NCBI GenBank assembly: GCA_002269645.1
Contig: NIVC01002686.1
Location: forward strand, 1 to 64,000
Reading direction: 5' to 3'
Length of the DNA: 64,000 nt
Source: Macrostomum lignano
Lineage: Eukaryota
Shown here: piece by piece, positions 1 to 11,882 of the stretch
Position numbering within the stretch: position 1 is the stretch's first letter
Layout: every line of letters begins with the position of its first letter
Position numbers and translations under genes: made by a program
The notes under the pieces: model-generated
Told to the model about the DNA's origin: nothing
Databases searched by the model: none
Seen by the model: only the letters and a program-made list of their open reading frames with translations

Positions 1-91
1 GTAGTTTCATTCATTGTATTATTTCTATATAGTATTTTTTACGAAAATGACTGCAATGGACACCATTCGCGCAACTTTTATCGCCACTCAC

Positions 92-3000
92 CTGAACAGA
101 CCGTTTAGCCGGGAATTTATTCTTGGCACTTGGCAGGTTGCTCACGCTCAGTGCTAGCTGGAATTCGCCCAGTTCAACGCATCGGACGACAAACGCCGAC
201 CTGCCAGTGTGCTGATCCTTAGACGGAACCGTTTCAACAGACTGCTTGCTGCCGTCGCCAGCTGGGCTCAGCTCCACCCGGTACGTGGCCGGGTCCAGCA
301 CCCACGGCTGCGGTCCGCCGCGATATTCCACCGTCTCCATGGCGCCAAGCGACACCACGAAGCTGCTAGCCAGCGGTCGGAGCGGTTTGAATGCTCCCAG
401 CATCACTTCGGCTGAGATTAACGCCGGGGCTCCTGAGGAAGATGAAGATGACGACGAAGCCGACAATTGAGCGCCGCGGTAGCGCGCGACCAACCGGCTG
501 AAGCCTTTGCGCAGGGCGCGCACAACAACGGTTGCGCAACCGTGCTCGGCGCAATCGCGACAATTAGCCGACAATTGTTGCTCGAGGCCGGCAACGAGTT
601 CGAATACGGCGGCGTCGTCTTCGAATGCCAGATCGATTGGCGCATGCGAGCAGCTGCACATGGGGTCGCGGCCAGAGTAAAGCGCAATGGGCAGGCGGAG
701 GGTGGCGCCGATCTCAGCCTCCACAGTGGCCGGCAGGAAGGCCATGCCGGTGGGCTGGGCGACAACAATCTCCGATCGGGCGGCGTTGTCGGTATTGCGC
801 ACGTCGGCGGCGGTGACCACGGCTTGGCCGATGGACATTGCGGTGACGACGCCGCGGCTGCTGACAACAACAGCACTAGCGTTGCTGCTCAGCCAGCTGT
901 ACTCGCCGCTGCCGCCGGTTGCCTGCAGCCGGCAAGCCGACGGAGAAGCATCTGTGACGACGCCGCCAGCGCCAGCGGCGACAGTCGAGGAAGCCGCCAA
1001 GCCGGAGGCTGTCGACGCGTCGACGGACGAGGATGCGGCCGAGCTGCCAGGCAATGCGGAAGAGGCGCCCAGAGTTCCTGTTGATGCAGAAGCCGCTGCA
1101 GAAGCGGCAAACAGGGTCCATGGCAGGACAACGCGCTCGGGCAGCACCGACACGGGGTCGTAAATCTCAACCTGAAGTCAGAGGAGGCAGGGTAGTTCTG
1201 GTAAACCAATGGAACCTCCGGACGGCGATTTCAGGCGGGAAGAAACTATCTATTGAACTTTATTCTCTACTGTATACACAAGTAGTTATTAGTACATCTG
1301 ACCTACAGTAAGATGGTTGACTAGGTGTGCAGCCATTGGCTGCATACAATTTCTACGATCCTGACGTTGTAGAGTGTCATAACAACTGTGTGCTAACCGC
1401 GGCTAACTTTTCTTAACTTGCGGGCAATATCAACCCACTATATTTAGCATAAATATTTGCAAGAGAGCTGTGGGCACCCTGGCGTAACGCCTTCGACGAC
1501 ATCGCCCATAATCTACGCTGAAGCAATCTACGCTCAAGCGCGCCAATACTGTGCGCAGACACGCACTCTCACACACACACGCTCACATAGGGTGAACAAC
1601 AGCCCTGACTTTCTAATCGTCAGGCATGTACACTGTGTCTCGAAAAGTCACATCTACGGAAAAGAAACCAGGGAAACCCAATGGTTAATCAGATATGACT
1701 TTTTGTACAACTTCAAGGTAATAATAAAATCGCCACATGATACCTCTTGACTGCCCGTGACAGGCGCCGGCAGTTCGTGTCGAACACCGTCTGGTGTCTG
1801 GATGGCAGCCAGCGAAGCGGTGATCAAACAGGGCCCGGGCGCAGCGGCTGCACCAGATGCCAGGTGCCATTGCTGCTGGACTCGAGAACGCGCAGCCGGT
1901 CGGTTGGAAATACCGCCTTGAGTCTGAGATCGTCTGACGGCCAAATTCGATGACTATTCCGATCGAAGATGTCAATGATGACGGTGTAGGCTCTGGTGGT
2001 GTCCAGAACCCAGCGCCTGCCAGGCAGGGCGGTGAAGGTCAGGTAGCTGGGCTCAACAATGCTCACGATTGATTTGGGCCGCTTGAATGTCTCAGTCTCC
2101 TCGATGTCTGGCGGTACAGGTGTGTAAAGCGCAATAATACTCCTGCACTTCTACTGATGAGTAGTCTGAAGTGTAGAACTTTTTAAATCTCTCAATAACT
2201 CCAATATAGCGTATAACAAATTAATGCACTTACTTCGATCGTAAAGCGACACTTCAACTTCGCCAAGCTCTCTGGCAGTTAGACGGGACGTCTGCGTATC
2301 CAGCGTAGCTTTGGTTTTGTCATTCAGGTTCAGATAGTACTGCTGCGACGGCATTGCAACCTCTGGATACAGTTGGTGATGAAGATTATATATAGGCTAA
2401 TTAAAGTCTAAAGTGTTATTATAGTCATTCAATGTATTTATCAACCACTATGACTGCTCACCCTCAGCATCTGTGAGACTGCTCACCCTCAGTATCAGTG
2501 AGACGGCTCACCCTCAGCATCTGAGAGACTGCTCACCCTCAGCATCTGTGAGACTGCTCACCCTCAGCATCTGAGAGACTGCTTACCCTCAGTATCTGTG
2601 AGACTGCTCACCCTTAGCATCTGTGAGACTGCTCACCCCTCAGCATCTGAGAGACTGCTCACCCTCAGCATCTGTGAGACTGCTCACCCTCAGCATCTGT
2701 GAGACTGCTCACCCTCAGCATCTGTGAGACTGCTCACCCTCAGCATCTGAGAGACTGCTCACCCTCAGCATCTGTGAGACTGCTCACCCTCAGCATCTGT
2801 GAGACTGCTCACCCTCAGCATCTGTGAGACTGCTCACCCTCAGCATCTGTGAGACTGCTCACCCTCAGCATCTGTGAGACTGCTCACCCTCAGCATCTGT
2901 GTTACAGCTGACTCTCAGGATCGGAACATGAAGATTAGTTAGTCTCACCACAATGCTCACAGAGAACAACTCACCGTTTAAATTTCCCTGGTGAAAGACC

Positions 3001-6000
3001 AGCACCTGGTAGTTAAGCGAGGCGCCGGGTATCAGATAGGCCAAACTGGGCTTCAGTATGGCATTAGCCATCACAAGGAGGCGCACTTTGCCAGGAGCCA
3101 CGCCAGCATAAATAGTGTCCTTGACTGATACGCCAACAAAGGCCGAGCCAGTTTTAATGCCGCCAACCAGCTGCTGGTCGCCCTGCAGTCCTTGGCTCTC
3201 CAGATTGCCAATCACGCTGGGTATCTCGTATTCGGACTCTGTCCAGCTGATGAAGCGCAGTATGTTGAGACCGTCAACTCCGTGAGCAGAGGTGATGGAC
3301 CATTCGAATGGTAGGCCAGTCAGGCTGCTGAATATGTTGCCTGCCAGTTATGATTTATGGATTGATAATTGTAATGCATGTGTTATTAGCATATATCGGA
3401 CTCTCGACTGAAAGGTCGGGGGTTCGATTCTCAACCCACTCGAAACAATTTGTATCATTGAGCAAGACACTTGAGAAACTCTGCATTGCTTCAGTTCACC
3501 CAGCTGTAAAATGGGTGCCAGCATTAGATGGGGTAATTATTGAGGGTTTGGCGACCCCCCCCCAGTGTATGATATATAGTTAAGAATAATAGAACGTTCT
3601 ATACCGGTACCCGATTATATATTCTAAGAAACAAAGTTCCCCAGCCTATTTAAGCCGTATTAGAATAAGGATTAGTATTGCAACAACATCTTACCCAAAT
3701 CATCGTAGGCGCGTACAACCAAGGCCTCGGGCGCATCGTGCAGGTAGAGCTCCTGAGTTGTGGTCTCAATCTCCAGCCTAGATGGCTTGTCAACAATCAC
3801 GTCGCATTTGACAGTGTGGCCGGTCACTGTAGCAATAACAAACACAATTTATTCTTTACTGCTAACTAATACTTCTAATCTTCTTGTTAAAGTTTTCTAT
3901 AATACTACAAGCTGTGATGTCACTCCAGAATTCAACTCTCGAATGTCTGATCAATTTTTTGAGAATTTATTCTAGAAAAGCACATTACTCCAGCCAAACA
4001 CAGAGCAGCAGGATTTCACACCATAGCGTCACACTTTTGCGCGTTTCATTCCAGGATAGCAATTGTGTAGGAACTTCATTCCAGATTCCAGAACATTTAA
4101 TCTCATGTCACTCCAATAGATTGAATCTCATGTAACTCCAATACATTGAATCTCATGTAACTCCAATACATTGAATCTCATGTAACTCCAATACATTGAA
4201 TCTTATGTTACTCCAGAAAATTAAATCTTATGTCACTCCAGAGCATTTAATCTAATGTCACTCCAGAGCATTGAATCCAATGTCACTCCAAAGCATTGAA
4301 TCCAATGTCACTCCAAAGCATTAAATCCAATGTCACTCCAAAGCATTGAATCCAATATCACTCCAAAGCATTGAATCCAATGTCACTCCCAAAGCATTAA
4401 ATCTAATGCAACTCAAAAGCATTTAATCCAATGTCACTCCAAAGCATTGAATCCAATGTCACTCCAAAGCATTGAATCCAATGTCACTCCAAAGCATTGA
4501 ATCCAATGTCACTCCAAAGCATTGAATCCAATGTCACTCCAAAGCATTAAATCTAATGCAACTCAAAAGCATTGAATCCAATGTCACTCCAAAGCATTGA
4601 ATCCAATGTCACTCCAAAGCATTGAATCCAATGTCACTCCAAAGCATTGAATCCAATGTCACTCCAAAGCATTAAATCTAATGCAACTCAAAAGCATTGA
4701 ATCCAATGTCACTCCAGAGCATTTAATTACTAAAAAGGCACTATCAGCTATAAAGCTACAATGTACAAGACAAGCAATGATAAACATACTGATATTTTCA
4801 ACAAGAATAGCAGTGCTGGCTCGATATGGATTCTTCCATGTTGCTGTGATGATGGCAGACTGGCTGCAGTCCTCATGCAATGGTGTTACTGTTGCAACTT
4901 CTGGAGATGTTGATGTCCTAAAATTTGTAAAATTTTCAATTGAAAGTTTATGATAATAATAATAATAATAATTGCAGGGGGTTGTGAGCTCCCTAGCATA
5001 CCTACAGAACATTGTGAAACAAGGTATGTTGCCAAGGTAAATTGCAAAAATGTCTGTTCAAAAAATAGACCTAGTACTTAGATGTTAATTAGATGACAGG
5101 GCATTAAGCTTTAATAATAGTCATTGTTACTCCTGCCATTTATCTAAATTTGCATTAATTTTTGCTTAGGTTTTTTTTATAGGTAAGTAGCATTTTTAAT
5201 CAAATAGTAAGTTGCATAGTGCATGTAAATCAAGGGGGTTGCACATGTATGCTTAAATAACAATTTGACATAATCTGACTTAAGTCTGCAATAGGTAAAT
5301 TATTTTAAGGTTATACAATAGTCTAGATTATACTTAGTTTATATTTATATGAAAAAAATCTAAACAGATCACTTTAGTTTTACTAAGAAAATAAAAAATC
5401 TCCAAAATTATTCTAACTATATCATTAAAAGGAAAGCTACTTTAAATATATAAAACTATTTATAATTATATGATAAAATAAAGAAAAGAATAATTTATTG
5501 TGAATGAACATGCCAAAATATTTTTTTTTCATTTTAATTTTTAATAAACAAATTAGTTTTAATGTATCATAGACAATTTATCCATGTACAATGTTGGGCA
5601 CAATTCCAATACTTCATACTATTGGTGATACCTTTTGGGTATCAGAGTATTGGAAGCCAATACTTTTTATGGTATCAGACTTTGGTAAATTCTAATACAA
5701 TTTTGAAAATTTCCCAACAATCTGATACTCTGGTACTTTTAAAATTTTGAGCCTGCAAACAATAAAAAATTGTGTTAAAATGGATGAAATAGTTGCATAA
5801 TTTTGTAGAAAGCAATGATAAATACTTCACTTTTAGGTCAATGAAGCTGAAATAATTAATATTTTCATCCTTAAAATTAGTTTTTAGAACTTTTTAAAAA
5901 TTGCCTGCACTATATATACTTTATCAATTAGTTAGTAATTACTAATTATCAAAAAATGATATTATTTAGTCAATTATCATGCTGCAAGTTCTGCAACACT

Positions 6001-9000
6001 GTCACTGCCAGCCACTGATTGCCAATTGATTCTATAATTTCTACAATATAGTGTAATGCTATACTAGTAACACAAGCAATTCAGTTAACAATACATACAT
6101 GTAAATAGTCAATAATAAAAAATTGAGACCAAGTTGAGTAAAGGGAAGAGATTGCATGCAATTTACTTTGATTTACATGTTTAAAGAGCAGAGAGGCAAG
6201 GCATTGCCCAATCAGAGGTAAGGCTTTAAAGTTTGTACCTCAGCTTAGAGCATTTGGTTTAGCTGGCTGGCTATATGTACATGTAAGTGCATACAATGGT
6301 ACCAACCCAAAAAGACTAAGGAGATAAAGCATGCAAGTGTATCAATTGCAGACTAGCAGGCCGCCACACTGGCTACCAGTCACTTTGGCAATAAGACATA
6401 TTGGCAAAGGACACTTTGGCGGCAATTTAGGAACAACTGAACTTTTTGGCAACAAAATGGGACATTTTGGCAAAAAGCCAACAAAATGAACTTATGAATG
6501 AAATTATATACTGTGTACTGAAATAAATTTTAATGTTAATTATTTATTATATTAATACAAATGAGTGATTTATATAAGTATTTTAAATGGTAAAGATTAA
6601 CTTACATATTGGTCACATTTGTATATGTATACAATTATACAAGCAAATATAATCTTTTTCCATGGATTTCAGCCATTTCATATAGATTGCCATTTTAACA
6701 AAGCTGCTATAGCTTTGTTCAATAAAAGCAAAATAAGCTGTACTATTTTTTCTAACTTTTTTTCAACACATCTTTTGTGTGTCAAGAAAAAACAAAGTAT
6801 TATAGCTCTTGACTCTACCTTAACTCTAGCTCCTGACAGTCAGTATCCCAATACACTTAGAGAGAGGAGCATGCATTGTACTACAATCTAGTATAATAAA
6901 AATTAATATAAAAAAACTTCTAATCAAATTACAGAAATTTATTCTAAGGCAATCAAGCAAAAGCTGCATCCTTATTTATTATGTTAAATCCATATATTTA
7001 GCAGTGGCGCAACTAGGGGGGGGGGGCAAGGGGCAGTTGCCCCCCCTTAGGCGGAGATTAAAAAAATCAAAGGGGGGACCAAGTGAATTTTTGCCAAAAA
7101 CAGAGCCACCCCTCCAATGGGACCAAGCGAATTTTTGCCAAAAACAGAGCCACCCCTCTACCCCTCTTCCCAGGACTTTACCCTCCAAAATCCGCCCCCC
7201 CTCAAAAAATTTATGATTGCACTATTGATATTTAGCAATTTGCCAAATGGCCTAAAATTGTTGTTGAAAATACTGTCACACACTGATCGCCAAAGTGTCA
7301 GTTGCCAATATGTCTTGTCGCCAAAGTAACTAGCCAGACTCCGGATGGTATATATGTACGCCGGAAATTCCGGCATATAGAAGGACCTAGATTACACCAT
7401 TTGTGTACAACTTGGCGTACAAAGGGGCCTAGTGTGCCCTTTTGGCATACAGCTTGGTGTATAGAGATTGCAGAGACTAGCAAGTGTGACCAAAAGTTCC
7501 AAGTCCCAACAATCAATCTAAACAATTAGCATACAAAAATGATTAATTTTGTATTTGGTGTAGTCTCTATATACATAGTTATAGTAGCTAAATTTTGATC
7601 AGAAAGAATATCTGGCCCTTTACGAAAAAACAGAAAACTAAATTTAAAAAAACAGGTTTAACTTTTTCAAGAAATTAAAAGTAAAACAAAAATAGTTGAA
7701 ATGAACTAGTTCTCTATAATTTAGTAAAAAAATTATGTTTTAACATATCAGTTTTTTGAATATTAAAATTTTGCAAGCTTTTAATATTGGTTGTAATTTG
7801 TAATCTTTATTTTGGCATATTTTTGTATGCAATAAAAAGTTTGATGGCATACATTGGCATGCATGAGCTATGGAAGCAATTTTCATTCCGGTGTACAGCG
7901 GTACATGATCCTGACCCTGGGTGACTAGTAGCCTGCCACACTATACTAAAACAATAATAGTACTAATACTAATAGCATAAAGAAAAATGACTATAGAGGC
8001 TAATAAGTAGTTAATGATTGACTACAGTGGCATCTATTGGATTTCATTTGTTTATTTTTATTTGTTTTACTGAAAGCTTTATCATTCAAAAAACAAAGCT
8101 AAGCTTAGTTTCTTTGCTTTAAAAATCTTGTGTACGCATATTCTCAAAAATACACTAGTGTTGCATCAATAAATGACCTTTTTTACATTGTGACAATAAA
8201 ATACCTTTTTTAAACTGCGTAATAGACCTTACTACCAGATAATTTGATTGCTTTTTATGCTTTTTTGACAATACTACTTACAGCAAAAAATTTATACACA
8301 CAAAGATTTGTTTAAATGCTCTTTTACAAGCTTGAAAAAACTGGAAAGCTTGAAATTTATGCTTAAAAATGAACTTTTGTCATCTTTTTTCAACTTTACA
8401 ATAACTTTTACACGTGATTCTATAAAGTGTACACCAGGTGTGCACGCATACTATTTTCTCAGGAGTGATGTGCGCCAATTGTGCAAGCCTAATTTTGGCA
8501 TGCAAGGCTAATATATGCCTCAGGATGGAATTCTTGCTTGGGGGTAGGAAACGTGGGCGCATGTTTTTGGAGCAGCACGCAAGCGCGCACAACTAGCTAT
8601 AAAAATAAGTCATATGCAAATCATGGTCCATGCACTAAAAATGAAATACAGTTTTTAAATTCTATGTTGACATAATTTAAATAGTTGTACTTTAAGTGTA
8701 GAGTAGCTTAAAGACTATATTTTTTAAAGAAAATATTCTTTAAAAGTTGTGAACTTTACTAAACTTTAGAGTAACTGTTTTTTACTAAAAAAATCATACT
8801 TTGTTTTACTTTTGTTTTGAAATTTTCTGGTATAAAAACAACCTTCCTTCCAAACTATGAAAAGTAGAACTTGAGCGCGCATACATCACATGGCATATAA
8901 CCTATTTCTAGTCAATTTCTATCTATGATTCTGTGGCAAACAGCTTCTTATGCAAGTGGATACAATGGAGCGCGCACACACCTTCTTTAAAAGCATGCGA

Positions 9001-9667
9001 GAAGGCTCCTTTTTAGTGCGCAAGTGCGCACAAATTTGACAAGCGCGCACAAATGTGTAAAAACTTTTATGCAAGAATTCCATCCTAATGTATGCACAAT
9101 TTTTCAGGTGTATACTACATGATCCAGAGTAAGAATTAGACTTTTAGGTATTGGCAATACTTTTTTTAGAAAAGCTTTTTACTGGTAATTTTATGGATAT
9201 TGTGCCCAACACTGCCCCATGTAAAGCATATTTAATGGGCATAAAATGCAATATTGATATTTACTAATATAAAAATGAAAACTTCATGGTCTTTGACTTT
9301 GCCTATCTATAACTATGAGAAGAGTATATTAGGCAAGTACAATAAGGATAGGCCTAAGCTTAACACAAAATTCAAAAGTCAAAAATCGAAAGATCAATAG
9401 TCACAATCACAATATATTAATTGGAATTACAATTTCACATGTATTAGAAATATAATTTATGACAAAATGTATGGCCTGGACTTACCAAAGATAGCAATAA
9501 CGTGCTTCAGACTCAGCAACAAGAGTATAATTTATAGGAACATAGCTTGAGTATGGTAGCAAAACTTTCGATGTGCTTATGCGAAAATCAAGGGTCAGAT
9601 AGGCTTTGAATTCGATTACAGATAAAAGTAGAAACAGAGATGCTATTTGATGTGCAACTTTAAACAT
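92..9667 (-). CDS. NUP210: Nuclear pore membrane glycoprotein 210 (gp210), 5' seven coding exons; gene continues beyond position 1
   Basis: Exons (minus): 9667-9486, 4917-4790, 3826-3695, 3340-2975, 2362-2234, 2107-1744, 1171-92, all with GT/AG ends. Exon phases fit except for a 1-nt deficit in exon 6. Translation starts with a hydrophobic signal peptide followed by NUP210-like motifs: SKVLLPYSSYVPINYTL..CYLW-TSTSPEVATVTP, KCDVIVD..ELYLHDAPEALVVRAYD.LGNIFSSLTGLPFEWS, VEPSYL..RWVL, ATGGSGEYSW.SS, YRGGPQPW. Assignment is from recalled family motifs, not a database search. Confidence 0.9.
2452..2901. repeat. 25-bp minisatellite (~18 copies, CTGCTCACCCTCAGCATCTGTGAGA) in NUP210 intron 4
   Basis: Direct tandem repeat read from the sequence. 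Confidence 0.97.
3385..3676 (+). mobile_element. tRNA-derived SINE with CORE-like central domain, in NUP210 intron 3
   Basis: tRNA-like head with B-box GGTTCGATTC (3421-3430). It is followed by TTGAGCAAGACACTT...CTTCAGTTCACCCAGCTGTAAAATGGG, which resembles the CORE-SINE motif TTGGGCAAGTCACTT...CTCAGTTTCCTCATCTGTAAAATGGG. The A-box region is decayed. Confidence 0.65.
4085..4725. repeat. 25-bp minisatellite (CACTCCAAAGCATTGAATCCAATGT) in NUP210 intron 2
   Basis: Direct tandem repeat, more diverged toward the left end. Confidence 0.95.
6369..7337. mobile_element. Non-autonomous TIR DNA element (~55-bp imperfect terminal inverted repeats)
   Basis: CTGGCTACCAGTCACTTTGGCAATAAGACATATTGGCAAAGGACACTTTGGCG at the left matches the reverse complement of CGCCAAAGTGTCAGTTGCCAATATGTCTTGTCGCCAAAGTAACTAGCCAG at the right. 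No clean TSD was found. Confidence 0.6.
7002..7227. mobile_element. hAT-type MITE nested in the 6369-7337 element
   Basis: Perfect 8-bp TSD ATATTTAG (6994-7001 and 7228-7235). The left end is CAGTGGCGCAACTAG and the decayed right end is ...GATTGCACTATTG. An internal ~44-bp direct duplication is present. Confidence 0.75.
8521..9087. mobile_element. Putative non-autonomous TIR element
   Basis: 16-bp perfect inverted repeat AGGATGGAATTCTTGC (8522-8537) / GCAAGAATTCCATCCT (9071-9086), with subterminal GCGCGCAC motifs. The TSD is unclear. Confidence 0.5.
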
Positions 9668-11182
9668 TTTCCTGAATGTCTAGATATTGCTAAATGTAAC
9701 TTAATTTTTTATAAAAAAAACAGGGTCTACGTCTGAATTGTAGAAACAACTTATATTAAATTTCCTTCGTTTCGTACATTGTCATGAAATTTCTGTTTGA
9801 GACTACACCATAAAACCAGGCAATATAAAATGAGACTTTCTGCAAAAATTAAAATTCTGCAAAAATTATTAAGAAAAAAGCATAGATTAACTAAACTAAA
9901 ACTTCTGTGACTTTACCTTAGAGGCTTTGATGGTTTTAGAATTATAGAATAGTGGTAAATTATAACTTAATATTAATCTATAAATATCAAATAAATATTG
10001 ACACAACCAGTGTAAGAAGCTCGTATTATTAAATCGTGTAAAAATTGCTAACGTGTTTAGCTTAGTTCGTCTAAATCAATATACCCCGTCTCTCTATATC
10101 CTGCAAGGAGTGTAAAATATCAATTTAAGGTTGCGTTATTGTTATTAATATAATATTAATTATATTAGTTATCTCGTTTACTACTTTTTTACTTAAAGTA
10201 TTGATTTTTTGCGTGCTTAAAAAATAAAAGGAAAGTAAAGGGCCTAGTCCTTGCCAGTATTTTTGTAAAAATATAGTCATAGGATTATTTAACCAGATTA
10301 GATTGAGGCAACGCAACGCTACACTGTAGTCTGTCTTCCTAGGCCCCTATTCAATAAAGCAAAACAAAAACCACTCAAAGATTTTACAGTAATCAGTTTT
10401 TTACTAATAGCTATCATAAATTATAATTTCACAGTATCAATATCATGATGCCTGATTTTTCAAAATTGGGTATGAAAGGGACTGAAGAGTAAGTTGCATT
10501 TTGTGAATTAATTTTTTTAATTTGCATTTATTAAGATAAACCATTTCATCCCCTAATGAGGAAGGTATAATCATTGCTATGTATTTCTATCTTGTCAAAC
10601 TACTAGGGTCAGGATTGTGTAGGCCTACCACTGTATATGCCAGAATAAAAATTGCTTCTGTAGCTCATGTATACCAACAAACTTTTTATCGCATACAAAA
10701 ATACACCAAAATAAATATTACTAATTATGACTGTGCTTCTGGTTGGTAGACATGTAATAGAAAGTTCATAACTAAGAAACAGTTTTCTTTTCTTTCTCCT
10801 AGAGAGAACTTCCATCCCTGGCATTTCTACTTGCTCCCCAAAATTTACAAGGACCCGGCCACCTGGCTGATCCCCTTTCAGGTCCTAGTAGGCAGACCTA
10901 TTGTTAGCAGATACAGTTCTGAAGCTATTGGGGCAGAAAAGTACAGACTTCTTTCTTAAACCAATTGCCCAAGCACAACCCACTTTCATTAAGGACTCCT
11001 ATGACTTCAAGGCACACCTTATGGATAAATGCTACACAGAAATTTCAACTCTGGCAACTTGTGATGTCGAGAGTCTATTCCATGATCCTTATAGACCAGG
11101 GCATTGCAGTGATCTAGGAATTCTTTAACTGATACCCGGATCCCATTAGACCAGATGCTAAGTTAATAAAGCTACTAGAACT

Positions 11183-11882
11183 CAAGGACGACTTAAGTAG
11201 AAGGACGGGAAACCTCGTTTCTTAGAAAAGTTTTGAAGGCACTTTTTCCCGAAAAAATACACTACGGAGATAGGAAGTTTTCATTTTTTCAGCACAAAAA
11301 TTGTTATTGCATTTGATAGGAGGCAGATCCGGTGTTCATCTTTTGTGATATGTTGTGCCTTTTTTATTGCTCTATCGATATTTATAAAGCTTTTCGTTCA
11401 GAAAGTTAGGATTCTATGTTAATTTTTGATTCTATGTATATTTTCGCGTGTCTTGTGCTTGAAATACATTAGAATGCCACGGCTCGGCTCTTTAGCTTCA
11501 TGAGTTTTTTTTATCATTCTTACCCAACTATGTAGCAAATATTTGTAATAGAGATGATAAAATAGGTTTATAAAACCAAATATTAGAGCTGTGTCATGCA
11601 TTTTTGTGATTTTTAGATACAGGAAATATACGTAGAATCAAAAATTAACATAGAATTCTAATTTTCTGAACGAAAAGCTTTATAAATATCGATAGAGCAA
11701 TAAAAAAGGCACAACATATCAAAAGATGAACACTGGATCTGCCTCCTATCAAACGCAATAACAATTTTTGTGCTAAAAAAATGAAAACTTCCTATCTCCG
11801 TAGTGTATTTTTTCGGGAAAAAGTGCCTTCAAAACTTTTCTAAGAAACGAGGTTTCCCGTCCTTCTACTTAAGTCGTCCTTG
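11183..11882. mobile_element. 700-bp non-autonomous DNA transposon with ~260-bp TIRs and 8-bp TSD (hAT or P superfamily)
   Basis: Ends are CAAGGACGACTTAAG...CTTAAGTCGTCCTTG. Arms 11183-11445 and 11623-11882 are near-identical inverted copies. The TSD CTAGAACT (11175-11182 and 11883-11890) is perfect. Removing the element restores the PLE frame K-L-L-E-L-C-L. Confidence 0.92.

Noticed and set aside
4985-5030. Extra NUP210 exon from ORF 4659-5012
   Set aside because: Homology and phase join exon 9667-9486 directly to 4917-4790
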